A stretch of 64,000 nt of DNA, from the NCBI GenBank assembly GCA_010015585.1, contig ML975153.1, one strand, 5' to 3'. Both the position numbers and the translations under genes were made by a program. Below the pieces are notes generated by a model. That model did not search any database. It was not told where the DNA came from and worked only from the letters and a program-made list of their open reading frames with translations. Positions 9,901 to 23,222 of the stretch are shown here, in pieces (position 1 is the first letter of the stretch; every line of letters begins with the position of its first letter). The DNA comes from Eremomyces bilateralis CBS 781.70 (lineage: Eukaryota).

Positions 9901-12756
9901 ATGCTCCGCGACGCGGCTACGCTTCTTGCGCTTGCATTATGCATCCTCACCTATCGAACAACCCTAGTGGCGGCAATTAGTACAACATCCGTCGCTCCAA
10001 TTTCGAATGAGCGGGCTGGCTGGGTGATAACCACGGACAGTGCCATGCCAGGCAATGAGGCGACGCTTGTGCTGGACAATAACGAGGGGACATTCTGGCA
10101 TTCCGCGTGGTTTCCAGATGCCCCTTTGCCCCACTGGCTCAACATTGATATGGGCACCCAATACCTCATCAGCGGGTTCTCCTACACTCCACGTCAAGAC
10201 GAGGAGACCAATGGCAACATTGGGATGCATTCGATTGAGTACAGTGTTGACGGCAACAACTGGGCAACCGCGGCACAAGGCACGTGGGCCAACGATAATA
10301 CCGTGAAGACATCGTTATTCACCCCTGTTATTGCTCGTTGGATCCGCTTGAACGCTCTTACAGAGGCATCTAACACTGGCCTACAATTCTCGAGTGCGGC
10401 CGAAATCAACATCCTAAGAAACCCCCATTCATCGCTTCCACGGACGAACTGGGTCGTCTCTGCGGATAGTGAGCAAATTGGGGAACAGTCTTGGGCTGCT
10501 ACTTATGCTATCGACGAGAGCCCAACTACCTTCTGGCACACTGCATACTACGGGGGCGCTGATCCTCTGCCACACTATTTCACCATCGACCAGGGTGCTG
10601 CTACCACCGTTGGCGGTCTCAGCTATCTCCCTCGGCCACCTTCAAGCGGGCCAAATGGGCGCATTGGCGAGTACACAGTGCAAAGAAGCGATGATGGCAA
10701 TAGTTGGATTGACGTGACCAGTGGTACCTGGCCAGACACTGAATTCAAGAAGCTTGTCGAATGGCAACCGATAACCACACGATACTGGCGTCTTGTGGCT
10801 AGATCAGAGGCTGGAAATCGTGGTGAATGGACCAGCGCTTCCGAGATCAATTTGCTTGATGGAGCAAATCAATTGGCGAACTTCAGGGTCACGGTTGACA
10901 GCGAGGAAACCGCTCTCTTCAACAACAGTGCGGTTCGTGCTCTGGATACCGACATCAGCACCTATTGGCACACCGAGTGGTCAAGCGCCAACCCTCCTGG
11001 CTTTCCTCACTTCATCACCATCGACATGCAGACCAATCTACCGGTCAAAGCCCTGCAATACACCCCCCGACAAGACGGTGGCGTGAACGGCAACATCGGT
11101 CAGCATACGATCGATGTGAGTACGGACGGCAACTCTTGGACCACGGTGGCTACCGGTGCTTTCGCCGACAATGCCCAGGCCAAACTGGTCAACTTCCAAG
11201 AAACGTTGTGCCGGTATGTCCGGCTCACTGCCACTAGCGAGGCCGGCAATCGTGGGCCATGGAGCAGTGCAGCGGACATTGCTATTTCTTACGACGCAAG
11301 TTACATCGCACCCGCACCACAAACCAGAGGCCAATGGGGCCTGACTGTCAATTTCCCGCTTGTTCCCGTCGCGGTCGGTCTGGTGTACGATACTGGTGAG
11401 GTTTTGGCTTGGTCTTCTTGGAATCCATCGGGCTTTGGCGGTAGCCCGGGTGGTCAAACCGTCACTGCTACATACAATCCCTCCACCAGTCTTGTGTCAA
11501 AAGCTCTGATCACCGACACCCATCATGACATGTTCTGCCCTGGTATCTCCCTCGACTTCAACGGTCGGATGATCATCACTGGTGGCAATGATGCTCCGCG
11601 AACCAGTATCTACAACCCACCAGGCCATGGTTGGATTTCTGGACCGGACATGCAGATCGCTCGTGGCTATCAGTCCTCGGCGACCCTGTCCAACGGATGG
11701 GTTTTCACCATAGGTGGTTCGTGGTCTGGCGGTATCTTCCAGAAGAATGGTGAATATTACGATCCATCCGCCAACACCTGGAACATGCTGAACGATGCCG
11801 ATGTAACACCCATGCTCACGAATGATGCCGGCGGACTGTACCGCTCCGACAACCACGCCTGGCTGTTCGGCTGGAAGAATCAGGCGGTTTTCCACGCCGG
11901 GCCAAGCACGGCGATGAACTGGTACACAACCACCGGCAGTGGCGGAGTTACCGGTGCCGGCAACCGTCTGGATAGCGGAGATGCCATGTGCGGCATGGCC
12001 GTCATGTACGATGCCGTTGCCGGCAAAATCCTCACTATGGGTGGGTCTCGGGACTATGAGAACGCTCCGGCGGTGTCCAACACCTATGTCGTTACCATCG
12101 ACAACGTCGGGACCCAAGCGCAAACCGAGCGGGTTGCCGACATGAACTCCAAGCGCATCTTCGCTAACGCGGTGGGGTTGCCCAATGGCCAAGTGTTTGT
12201 CGTCGGCGGCCAGGACTATGGTTCGGTATTCAACGACGACTCGTCAATCATGTATCCAGAACTGTACACGCCGTCAAGCCAGACATGGACCGTCATGGCC
12301 CCCATGGCCGTGCCGCGCAACTACCATAGTGTTGCGATCCTCATGCCCGATGCCTCCGTCATGGTCGGCGGCGGTGGCCTTTGCGACGGTTGCAGCATGA
12401 ACCACTACGATGGGCAGCTGTTCAACCCTCCTTACCTATTCACGTCCTCCGGCGCCAAAGCCACCCGCCCCGTCATCGACTCTATTTCAGCGGACAACGT
12501 CGCTCTCGGTGGCTCTCTGACCGTCACCATGAACAGCGCCGTCACGACTTTCTCCATCGTCCGTTTGGGTTCCGCCACCCACACGGTCAACACCGATCAG
12601 CGGCGGATTCCCCTCACTCCCAGTTCGGATGGCGGCAATACTTACAGCATCACCATTCCCAGTGACAGTGGTGTTGCTCTTCCTGGCTACTGGATGTTAT
12701 TCGCCATGGACGCAGCCGGTGTTCCCAGCATTTCCAAGACGATCAAGATCTTCTAA
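9901..12756 (+). CDS. Copper radical oxidase AA5_2 (galactose oxidase-like) with three tandem F5/8 type C (CBM32) modules
   Basis: Signal peptide; three repeats of DS...A.D....T.WH...P.PH...ID...Y.PR....NG.IG...SA.EI. Catalytic residues MFCPG (Cys), RGYQS (Tyr), GGSW (Trp), RNYHS (Tyr-His) and ATHTVN (His) are all present. Intronless. Confidence 0.95.
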   Translation: MLRDAATLLALALCILTYRTTLVAAISTTSVAPISNERAGWVITTDSAMPGNEATLVLDNNEGTFWHSAWFPDAPLPHWLNIDMGTQYLISGFSYTPRQDEETNGNIGMHSIEYSVDGNNWATAAQGTWANDNTVKTSLFTPVIARWIRLNALTEASNTGLQFSSAAEINILRNPHSSLPRTNWVVSADSEQIGEQSWAATYAIDESPTTFWHTAYYGGADPLPHYFTIDQGAATTVGGLSYLPRPPSSGPNGRIGEYTVQRSDDGNSWIDVTSGTWPDTEFKKLVEWQPITTRYWRLVARSEAGNRGEWTSASEINLLDGANQLANFRVTVDSEETALFNNSAVRALDTDISTYWHTEWSSANPPGFPHFITIDMQTNLPVKALQYTPRQDGGVNGNIGQHTIDVSTDGNSWTTVATGAFADNAQAKLVNFQETLCRYVRLTATSEAGNRGPWSSAADIAISYDASYIAPAPQTRGQWGLTVNFPLVPVAVGLVYDTGEVLAWSSWNPSGFGGSPGGQTVTATYNPSTSLVSKALITDTHHDMFCPGISLDFNGRMIITGGNDAPRTSIYNPPGHGWISGPDMQIARGYQSSATLSNGWVFTIGGSWSGGIFQKNGEYYDPSANTWNMLNDADVTPMLTNDAGGLYRSDNHAWLFGWKNQAVFHAGPSTAMNWYTTTGSGGVTGAGNRLDSGDAMCGMAVMYDAVAGKILTMGGSRDYENAPAVSNTYVVTIDNVGTQAQTERVADMNSKRIFANAVGLPNGQVFVVGGQDYGSVFNDDSSIMYPELYTPSSQTWTVMAPMAVPRNYHSVAILMPDASVMVGGGGLCDGCSMNHYDGQLFNPPYLFTSSGAKATRPVIDSISADNVALGGSLTVTMNSAVTTFSIVRLGSATHTVNTDQRRIPLTPSSDGGNTYSITIPSDSGVALPGYWMLFAMDAAGVPSISKTIKIF

Positions 12757-13324
12757 GTTTATCGGGTTTGTTTATCCACGACTTCAACTGCTCCTTGGTT
12801 CTCGTTTTCCTAATTACAACTTGTCTCAGCGCTTTCCTGCTAGATGTTGGCAAAGTCATTCGTGGTTATACCCTTGGTGGCCGAGCAGGGTTACAGTGCT
12901 CAACCCCCCAAAGGGTCTGTCATGACTAGTTTTGTATAAGGAAAGTTGAGCACTGGAGTGACTCAAATTCTGATCCGCCACCAAGGGAATTTTGATAGCT
13001 GGTGAACATTGTTGGCTTGGGCATCAACAGGGTCTCGGGCCCATTGAGGCGGAACTATCTCTATCACGTCGAGACCCGGATCATACTTGTCTAATAATAT
13101 GATTAGAAATCTAGGGAACGGGTAGAACATCAGCAGATAGGAACCAGTATATGGGGGTATATTAGGGGAGGAAGTGTTTAGTTTGTCATCTTGTTTTCTC
13201 CCCCCATCTCTTACGCAAGGTCTACCTACACATCTTGGATAGTTAGACAGAGTAATGAAATGAAATCCTGAAGTTAAAAAGATTTAGTTCTTAATATTCT
13301 CTCGAGTTGTATAATCGTTGCAAC

Positions 13325-13585
13325 TGACACGGTCTGGATGCGCAAGATCTGCGATTACCAAGTTTCATTGATCCAAACTGAAGAGAGAGAAATGGAAGAA
13401 ATCTCCCAGCGCCTCTGCGCGCGAGATATCCTCTCTGCTGTCCTAACACAGCTCCCTCATGACCGTCCTAACATACAACTCCCATATGACTATCTCCTCG
13501 ATAATCCTCTATGCAATCCACTAGCCACATCTCTGTGGCGTCAGCCATACTCAAGGTCCTAGGCCACAGGCCTGGGACCATAACA
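13325..13585 (-). mobile_element. Solo LTR, inverted copy of 7987-8264
   Basis: TGACACGG...CCATAACA termini with a perfect TSD GCAAC (13320-13324, 13586-13590). Confidence 0.88.
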
Positions 13586-13732
13586 GCAACATCAATAATA
13601 GTGTCCAGCTGTTTATTAATACACAATATATTCATGAAGATAGATTCGAGTTATGTACACAATACCATTGGCCACGCTTATGCATTATATCATCAAATAG
13701 AACAGGGAGTTGGGAACAACTGTGCAAGAGAA

Positions 13733-16625
13733 CTAGAGTCGCGGCTCAACTCCACTCCAATGCCGCTCACCGGGCCAATGTGAGTCAGGCCAGACGTAAC
13801 GGAGTGCTTCCCAAATATGCCTAGAATCGTCGGTTAGCAGGGTGCTCAATATCCAAACTCAGACAGCAGAGATGACTTACTCAACATGATGAATCTTTAA
13901 GCCATTCTTGACCTCCTCCGGCAAGTCCTTTACATCCTTGCGATTTCCCCTCGGCAGCATCACCGTATGCACCCCGGCCCGCAGCGCACCGATCAACTTC
14001 TCCTTGATCCCGCCGACGGGCGTCACCTTGCCGCGGAGACTGACCTCGCCCGTCATCGCCATTGTCGGCGGCACACTCTTCCCCGAGAACAGGCTGATCA
14101 GCGCGATCGTGTGCGCGAGGCCGGCCGACGGCCCATCTTTCGGCGTCGCGCCCGCAGGGCAATGCACGTGGATCGACCGGTTCTTCATGATGTCCTGGTC
14201 CGGATCGTGGGTGAGGGCGAGCTCGTACGCGTGGGCCTTCACCCACGTCAGGGCGACTTCGACGCTCTCTTTGAGGACGTCGCCCAGGGTTCCGGTTAGC
14301 TGGACGCGGCCGGTGCCGGGCATGTCGGCCACTTCGATGAAGAGGATGCTGCCCTGGCCGCCGGTGGAGTAGGCAACGAGTCCGGTGACGACGCCCGGGC
14401 GGGAGGACTTTTCTGCGATCTCCTCGTCGAAGCGCTCGATGCCTAGGATGTTCTCCAAATCGTCGACCATTACCTTGGGGTTATATTTCTCGAGCGCGGC
14501 CGAGTCCTTGGCGTCCGCAAACTCGACCGCTTTAGACCGGCAAACGCTGCCGAGCTCGCGCTCAAGGTTCCGAACCCCACTCTCGCGAGTGTAAGAGGTG
14601 ATGATCTTGTCGATAACATCGTCCGACAACTCCACGCGGCTTGACTCCAGACCATTCGTTGTGATCTGCTTAGGGAGGAGATGGCGGGTTGCGATGTGCC
14701 TCTTCTCCAAGGTTGTGTATCCTGGAAGACTGATCATCTCCATTCTATCCAACAGAGGAGGTGGAATTGTGTCTAGAGAGTTCGCAGTGGCGATAAAGAG
14801 AACTTTCGAGAGATCGATGGGGATGTTGACGTAGTGGTCAACAAAAGTATGATTCTGCTCCGGGTCAAGCACCTCAAGCATCGCGGCAGAGGGGTCACCA
14901 TGGAAGTTGCTGGTGCCGATCTTGTCGATTTCATCCAAAAGGATGACAGGATTAGTGACGGCGACTTTCTTCAATCCGCTGACAATCAATCCAGGCATGG
15001 CGGCAACGTAAGTGCGCCGATGGCCACGGATCTCAGCTTCGTCTCTCACACCGCCAAGGGAGATGCGATGGAATTTCCTTCCAAGAGCAGTAGCAACCGA
15101 TTTTGCTAAGCTAGTTTTGCCGGTACCTGGAGGACCAACTAGTAGCAAAATCGGGGACTTGTCGACCATTCGCTTCGTCTTGAGGATCTGAAGCTGGTCT
15201 TCGTTCCGAGGAGCCGTATCCGCACTCGCCTTGTTGTCTTGCGTTGCCTCTTTTGCTTGTTCTGTTAACATTTTGATTTGCGTCTCCAAGTCGGCATTGA
15301 CGGATTGCTTCAGTTTCAAGACCGCCAGATATTCCAGGAGCCGTTTCTTGATCTTCTCCAAGCCATAGTGATCGTCATCCAACTGCTGCCTTGCACGTCG
15401 CAGGGTTTCCCTATCGAAATGATCCTCGGTCATCTTGCTCCATGGGATCTCCGCGAGGTTCTCAAGGTAGTTTCGGCAGACTTGGTACTCCGCTTGAGCA
15501 GGGTTCATCTTCTGCAACCGTTGGAGCTCGCGCTGGGCAACCTTCTCCGCTTCCGGTGTAAGTCCGGCCTCGTCTATGCGTTTCTTCAGCTCATCAAGCT
15601 CGTTTGTATCCTCTTCAGCTTGCCCGCCACCACCAGGAAATCCGGGTGGAAAGCCTCTTCCGCCGTTCCCTCGCCGAGCAATGGCATCGTTCTGCAGGCG
15701 CTTTAATTTGTCCGAATCAATTCCGTTGATGTTGTTGCTAGATGAAATAGTCATCATCCGACCGTTGCCTTGCATGGTATTTATGTGCTTGCGCAAGATA
15801 TCGACAACCCGTTCCACGCGATCATTGACAGGGAGGGCAGCCAGAACCAAAAGTTTCTCTTCATGTGTGCATTCGACAACATTAGCCATGAAATCGGCAA
15901 GGGCACCGGCGTCGTCGATTTCCTTTCGTCCGATGAATATTTCTAGCCGTCGTGCAAGTATAGGCGAGATCGCTGTCGATGCTCCTCGGGGAAGCAGGGC
16001 GGAAAGGCGGACAAGAGCTAGAAGCTGTCTCGACGATTGTTTCAACTCCGAGAAGAGGGCTTCGATGTGGGCGTCTTGAGGGTTTACCGCTTCTAAAACG
16101 TTAGCATTCATTGCCTTCTCTCGCGTAGACGTCTAACTTACGTTGATCCGGCTGGATAGTCACCACAGCCTCCATGTACGGCTTCTGTTGGGTAAACTTC
16201 TCGATCTGGAACCGTTCCATACCCTCAACTATTAACGCCAGGTCGCCTGCTCGTCTCCCTTGGACACCGTTAACCCGTCCAAGCACTCCAACGCTAAACA
16301 GGTCTGCATCGCCAGCTTTGGAGGGATCGGTGAGCCCCACTCTTGCCTTGACTTGCTTGTCCGCATCGCCCTGCTCTTTGCCATCATCGATCAACTGTTT
16401 TCCATCCTTGCTCAAATATGGACTCGCCAACGGCACGCAGCCAATCGTCACCGGAGATTCAGCCCGGGACTGGTCAGACGCTTTGCTGTAAATAGTCGCG
16501 AGAAGGGCTGCGATATCGGGTCGGTTGGAGACGGGAATGCGGAGTGTTACTCCAGGGAGGAGAACGAGATCCCGTGGAAGCGGGAGTAAAGCGAGGGTTC
16601 GCTTGACTGATGTTGACTTCGCCAT
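13733..16625 (-). CDS. Peroxisomal Lon protease (LONP2/Pln type)
   Basis: Lon N domain ([12 protein letters not shown]), Walker [10 protein letters not shown], Walker B ILLDEIDK and PKDGPSAG catalytic Ser. Two introns. The last exon [11 protein letters not shown]...GVEPRL* ends in a PTS1 variant. Confidence 0.93.
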
Positions 16626-18055
16626 GGTGGAGAGAGTCGAGTTGCGTGCAGTGTTCAGTCACCACGTAGTGTATTGACTTATAGCACCCCCGCGGAGTGG
16701 ATTTACCCTCTGTGTATACGCCGGATTGCCAGGATTGAGTGAATACGGTCGTGAGCTTGCGTGGTTGATTTACGTGCTGGGTAAGGTATATAATCATAGG
16801 AGGAGGCCATCGGCTACAAGGAGATCCGATCAATTCATTCTAGAACCATCGGTTGCTATCATGAGATGAACCTCGAGGGCTACCGTCATCATCGCCGAGG
16901 TTATCGTCGCGTCACGTGCCGTGTCAATTGAAGGGGGCGTCGATATATCAATTTGATACTCGATTGTGTCGACACACTCCCCTTCATTCTACCGTCCTGA
17001 GAAGATAGAACAATCGCTGGCTGGTTTAACAACAACTAATTATCAATATTCTGTTCTAGAGCTCTGATAACAAATTATTACACTTTTAATTCGACCACTC
17101 AGTTTGTGAGTTTAGAGGCAAGCGAGAGCCTGAATAAACGGCAGAACTAGGTACCATGGACTTAGAAGGTCGATTGATCCAACTTACGTCACTATCATGT
17201 TTTTGTAAACTTACGGATTAAATGAGTTTAATGTATCAAAATAGTGGAAAATTTCAGTTGTAATCGGCTGAATCCCCCTGCTACCTGTTGGCCGGCTTGC
17301 TCAATGTGATCTTGAGTGCCCGGGGAAGACCCCACATGGTCACGGTGGGAATCGTCACCACGAGGTTCCTGTTTCCATGTTTGTGTAACCGCGTATGACT
17401 TGCTGTGAATATTAGATAGGACCATTGGCTCTTGGGCCGTGGCACCTATACGCAGAAAAGAGAGCATCCATGGGGACTCACATATATATGTTGCTAGGGG
17501 ACCAGGCAAGGTTCGACATAAAACGATCGATCAACTTCCTGACCATGGGCTTCTGTCGGAAATCCGGGTTTCCTTATGCTATAGTAACGATGTGGCCTGG
17601 CAGCAGGATGGCTAATCCAAACTTGAAACAATAGACAACGCTGTGGCATAGACTTGTGAGAACGAATTTGCCAACAGATGCTTGCCATTTTTGCACATTC
17701 CGCTCTGCCAGTCCATTTCTTGGGCCATGTATTCTGCGTTCATGCGCTACGTGTATACGTACCTTGGAGAAGAGGCTTCTCGGCCACGATCAGTCAGTCA
17801 CACGGCCCGCAATAATTAATCCCTTTTCATAGGGGTAGGGTAGCTGGGTATGGCAGCCGGATGAACAATGTGCTTCAATTTGGTACCCTGATAAGAGAGG
17901 CATCTGTCGTTAATAACGATCGCATTAGCTTAAATGGTCTTTGTAATTCCCACGAGGGATCTGATAGAAGAAAAGTCTGTCAATGCCTCGCAACCTCGCC
18001 GCCGCCGTCGTCATCCTCGGCGCCCACGCAGTTTTCTGTTTCTGTTCTCCCTCCA

Positions 18056-21000
18056 TCAGTCTCTCACCACACGCGCTCCCACCCATGCAAATCGATAGTT
18101 TCGTTGATACCAGTTGATGCTGTGGAACGGTCAATAGATCTCTTCAACTTGTCCATCAGGAAGATGCGACTTACAATGTCTTCCTTCCCGCAATGCGGGG
18201 GTGTGTAGCCCAGGAGCCCCCAAGCACAACATTATGCTTGCCGTCAAAGAAATCCGCTACAAAAACGCTATCCATCAGCACCCATTTATTATAACAACCT
18301 CAATGCTTTGCTGCATTGTTGCATACCTGTGTATCCTGGATATACATCCATGGGCTGGAAGCCTTCATGTTTGACCAGCGGTGTCGAAGTCCATTCCCAG
18401 ACACCACCGAGTTCTCCTTGCCCACGGACGTGGTTGCCATTTTGGGTCACTGAAACTGGGTTCCAGTGCTTAAAAGCAACATCAGCGTGGTCGAGATCGA
18501 CAAAAAATCCATCGATCGAAGAGAACTCGGCGGACTTCGGCAGCTTGGTCACTGATGGAGGGGTCTCCTGAACGCCGTTGTTTGAAAGGTGGCTGTGACA
18601 TTGGTGGTAAGTCCAGCTCAATCACACAAGCACTGATGATCTGACCTATTGACGGCGGGAATAGCTTTATCCAACGCATTCTCAAAGACCTGCTCCTTCA
18701 TCTGTTCTGAATACTGGTAGATGCTGCGAACTTCCACCATCGTCGGAATGCGTCCGCCCATCCATGCGGCGCAGGCGGAGAGCTCATCATAAGACGCCAT
18801 AACTGGCCAATGTAAGGCATACTTCAACGGTACCAGACCGAAAACAGTCTTGACCAACTTGTCCTCAATAAACGCCTTCGGGACATCGCGAGCGGCAGAT
18901 CCGTTTGAATGAACACCATTCGTGATGCCATTAGACCCCCCGTTCGACAAGATTCCGTTCGTACGGTTGGAACCAACGGCAGTCCAAGATTCTGGAATAC
19001 CTTCGACACCATTTCTCGCCAAGAACTGGGCATACTCCAGATTCGTAATTGGACGAGCAGACGCGGTGAAGGATGGAACGCGACACTGTCTCATAGGCTT
19101 CTCATTGTCCCACCCAAACGCTCCACTCGACTCATTCAACCCGAGGGACACATCTTGTTCCGGGATACGGAACCACGTGTTTGGAACGGCCTTCTGTTCA
19201 GCCAACATGGCTTGAGCCTCCCAATTTGGTTCAACCACCCCTGGAGGCGGCTTGACAAACTTGCTTTGCAACAGCATATAAAGAATGGTCTCCAGGTGCA
19301 TCGCTTCATGCTCAAAGCCGAGCCACAAAGCTTCCTGGACAATCTGAGGCAACTCCTTCTGGGCGGAGGCAACATACAGATCCTCGACACGTTTCCGCAC
19401 CGCGGTCTGATACCTGTTGATCAATTCAATTGCAGGCCATTCATTTGGAATCTCCGAATGAGAATGGCACTGCTCCGGATTGTCAACATCAGGGTCAATC
19501 CCTCGCTCAAATATTCTGGCGAAGTATTTCGGTTCCGTGGCCGGCGTTCCCGTCGACCTGGTCAAATGGATGTCCAAGAATGTCGGGATATGGCCGAGAT
19601 AGAACACGCATTGATTTCGAAGATCAATGGGTTTATCGTACAAATCCTTCTCGGAGACCATCCCACGCAAGCAAGTGTCCCATGCAGCCCATAACTGCCC
19701 CCAGTCTTTCCACGTGGGTATTGCGCTGGATGCATACTCCGCCTTGGAGAGAGGAAACTCGAACGTCGGCTTAGTCGCCATGTGCAAGCCTGGAAAATGA
19801 TCAGAACACACTTCAAGTTGATTCAACAAAGCGAACAGGAGAGAGGCAACATCGCGCAATTATATCGCGATGGGAGTGAGAGATGACGAGTGACATGGGG
19901 CAAGCTAAATCGAATGCACAACATAATAAGGGTGGGGGACATTGCATACCATGCTCACACGCCTTGCCCATCCATGAAGCACCAGAGACCAATCCGGCTT
20001 GCTGCCAGAGCTCCTGAAGCTGGTCATGCGAGTACTTGTGGCTCTCCTCGATACGAACCCGTTCGTCCCGTTTGATGTGGATCCCGCACACCTCTACGTC
20101 TTTTACAGGGGAAAGAAACGCCTGATGACGTCCGGCTCGATTGTCATAGACGTATTCACCGATGACTCTCCAGTCCGCAACGCTGAACGCATCCTCGCCA
20201 AGGATCTCATTCGCGTGTAGCAATCCGTTCAGGATGAACTGGTGCGTAACCCCTGATGTATCATTGTATGCGCTGTACACTTTTTGCGGGTTTTCGCACG
20301 AATCAAGTCCCACAATTATGGAATCTCCGCCCACAAGGCTATCCGCAAACATCTGCAGAAAAGCTGCAGCTTCATGATGTCGAAAATTGCCGACACTGGA
20401 GCCCATACTCAAAACGCATTTTGAACGGTGCCGGATGGCTTCGGACTTTAGCCACTCGGCACCATCATCGTACGTTCCATGCAGTCCGTAGAGCTTGACA
20501 TGGCGGAATGAGCCCTGGGGTACAGCAGACAAGGTCCGCTGGAGCTCGCTCAGATCCAAGTCAAGCGCAAAGTAATCCACGTTCTTCTCCTGTCTCTCCA
20601 ATGCCTGAAGAAGGATGTTGATCTTCCTCAAGTTGCTATACGAACATTAGGGCCCTGGTCCTCCCGGAAAGGTCGCTTGAACAAGAAAACAGCACTCACC
20701 CGCTTCCTAACTCAACGATCACGGAGTCTTGCTTGATTCGGCTTGCAATATCATCGGCATGGGACTCGAGGACGTCAATCTCGGCGTTGGTGAGGTAGTA
20801 CTCATGCAGGTACGTGATGCGTTCAAAGAGCTTGAGCCCAGCTTCATTGTACAGCAAGAGCGTGGGGAGTGTCTTCTCTACCTTCGTTGGATCAAGACCT
20901 GAAAGGATCTCGTTTCGAATGGATGCCTCGCTAGCGCCTCGGCGGATCTCGAAAATCTGTGGTCCATGATGCGCCTTTTCTTCAACATTGAGTTGGATTG

Positions 21001-21064
21001 CCTTGCTCGGAATTTGAAACTCCAAAGGCCCAGATGCCGGAATGGTCTCCAATAACGGAGACAT
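18056..21064 (-). CDS. egt1: Ergothioneine biosynthesis protein 1 (histidine methyltransferase fused to sulfoxide synthase)
   Basis: Multi-exon. KTLPTLLLYNEAGLKLFERITYLHEYYLT and VELGSG (EgtD-like methyltransferase), FYLGHIPTF, FEHEAMHLE (HX3HXE Fe site), GWDNEKP, GGVWEWTST, and the final exon NWYQRNYRFAWVGARVVRD*. Confidence 0.93.
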
Positions 21065-23222
21065 GGCTCTATGAGATGCTGCTCAATATCGGGACAGTGT
21101 TTGGCTAGAGGAAAAGCCACAAGTTGAAGATACCTCTTTGTCAATGGACGGTATGCTGCTTTTGAAAGCCGCGAGAGCTCTGATATGAATGTCACACAGA
21201 GGTCAATCTGGTTCAGCAGCCGCACCTTGATCCAACAAATGCCGCACCCCATCACCATGGTCATTCGTCATCATTGGGAGCACCATGTCCGTTGCCCACG
21301 GAGTGGCGAGGCATCCAGATCCAGCCATTGATGGCTCCGCTGATCCCCACGGTTTACGTCAACATCCAATCAGTTGCTCCGGCGGCTGGATCGATCCAAA
21401 AATCATTGAATGGGCACATAACGGTCGATCAGGAACACGGGGTTCCGCTTGGAAGAGCATGCTTTTCCCTGGCCTGTTTTCTGTGCATGCGCACTTCTGC
21501 AGCTTAATAATGGTATCTTTGCCTTTATTGCGGTCTCCGGAAGTATCACATAATCGACCCCACGCCCTCCAAAGCGCTCCACAAAGTGTCGCGCCCTATC
21601 AGTCACCCTCTGCTCAGTCATTGTCCAGGCGCATCCAGGCCACCAGGCAAGGGATTTCTATGCATGACGGCGTCATAGTGTCGCGGAAGATTGGATGACA
21701 TGAACCGATGAAAGACCCCACGGAGCGGCTGCAGGCTGAGTGGTGCGGTGCAGCTTGAGAGGACCCCGCAATTTTTATGGGCCTGATTAGGCAACTGAAG
21801 CACCAAGCGGAATGTAACTGAAGCTTTCCCCACCCAGATGTGGGGCGGTACCACACCAGAACCCTCCGAACTAACTGGCGACCTGGTGAGAAACACTATC
21901 AGCACCTTCGGTTATATCAAAATACTGTATTCCGTACTGTTAATCAATCATGAAGAGGGATTCCGGGTTCACTCGACGATAACGTTCTAGCCAGCCCCGG
22001 CCCTATCACGGCATGTTCTGTTAAAGCCGGCATGTCAACCCCAGAGGAAGGGCCCACAAATGCCGAAATCGATGCGCAGCCGCTTTGGAACGGTTTTTCC
22101 TGAGGGGCTATCCAGGATTGCTGGTCGGGAGCTCGGGATGGTTCTGATAATTATGTCCCTGTCAAATGTGTTCCTGTTATATCATGCGATGACAGGAATG
22201 AAATTGGGGCAAGCAACTAGAATGCAAGGAGGAGTGGCAGTCCATCATGCGAACAAAAACGAGCGGACATTCGACGGATGTTCTGCATTCACGATGCGGT
22301 TGGCCGAGCACGTGAGGTCGCGTCAAGCAAGGGGGCGTCTTAGCGAGACGTCTCAGGCAGGGCTCTGGGCTGGACTAGGACAGCAATACCACAACGCACA
22401 TGTAAAGACTCCCATCGAGCATCGCCATGCTATTCCTCTGCCACAGGCAATATCTGGTCTACTCCGTGTTCTAAATGCCTCAAGGTATTGAGAATCGTGG
22501 ATCCTGCCACCAGGAAACCTTCGGAACAGTATCGAAATGCTCTTTCTGTCCGGGGTCTCCTCAAAATCGGTGCCCCTGAAGTAGACTGACGATAAGCACC
22601 ACTAAAGAGCCCAGACATGTATCATTCATGAATCACCATGGAGCTACTTGTTATAACAAACATTTTTACTGTTCAACAGTGGGGCAATGGTTTCCAAAGT
22701 ATATCAAGCCCAACCATTCCTTCTGGCGACTCAGGATAGCTCCTCAGTCGGACCCCATCCTTTGGTCAGCTACAATGGTCAACACGAACATGACCAGACT
22801 CTCTCTCACCTTAATTATCCATAAGGGATATAGTTATGATGCTCTACGGGTATGTCAGCCGTCTCTTGATGGGTGACCACTGCAAGACATGCCGCTGGCT
22901 TGTCCCTTGATTTTATACATCTTTTATCTTCCAGTGAGTTCTGTTTCCTATTACAAACATCACATTTTCATTCAGAGCAGTTTCGATACAAAACCATCGT
23001 CTGCCCCATTACTATCATCCCCTCCACCATCATCCGAACAATCTCAAGACTTGATATCAAGACCCTCACCCCGACCACCTATAGTCTGAAGAATTCGACA
23101 ACCATTCGTTGCCGAATCCACAAAAACAATCATTGACAAGTAAGTACTCCAACCATCCTTCGCTATCCCGGCAAAATCTAGCTACTGACGATGAGCATCA
23201 CCACAGGTTGTCAGTGAAGACC

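Noticed and set aside
7987..13585. A single composite transposon carrying the oxidase gene
   Set aside because: The LTRs are inverted and each has its own TSD, so they are separate insertions.
13010..13591. Possible older TGTTGG...CAACA solo LTR interrupted by the 13325 LTR
   Set aside because: The flanks AACAT and TCAAT do not form a TSD, so it cannot be supported from the window alone.
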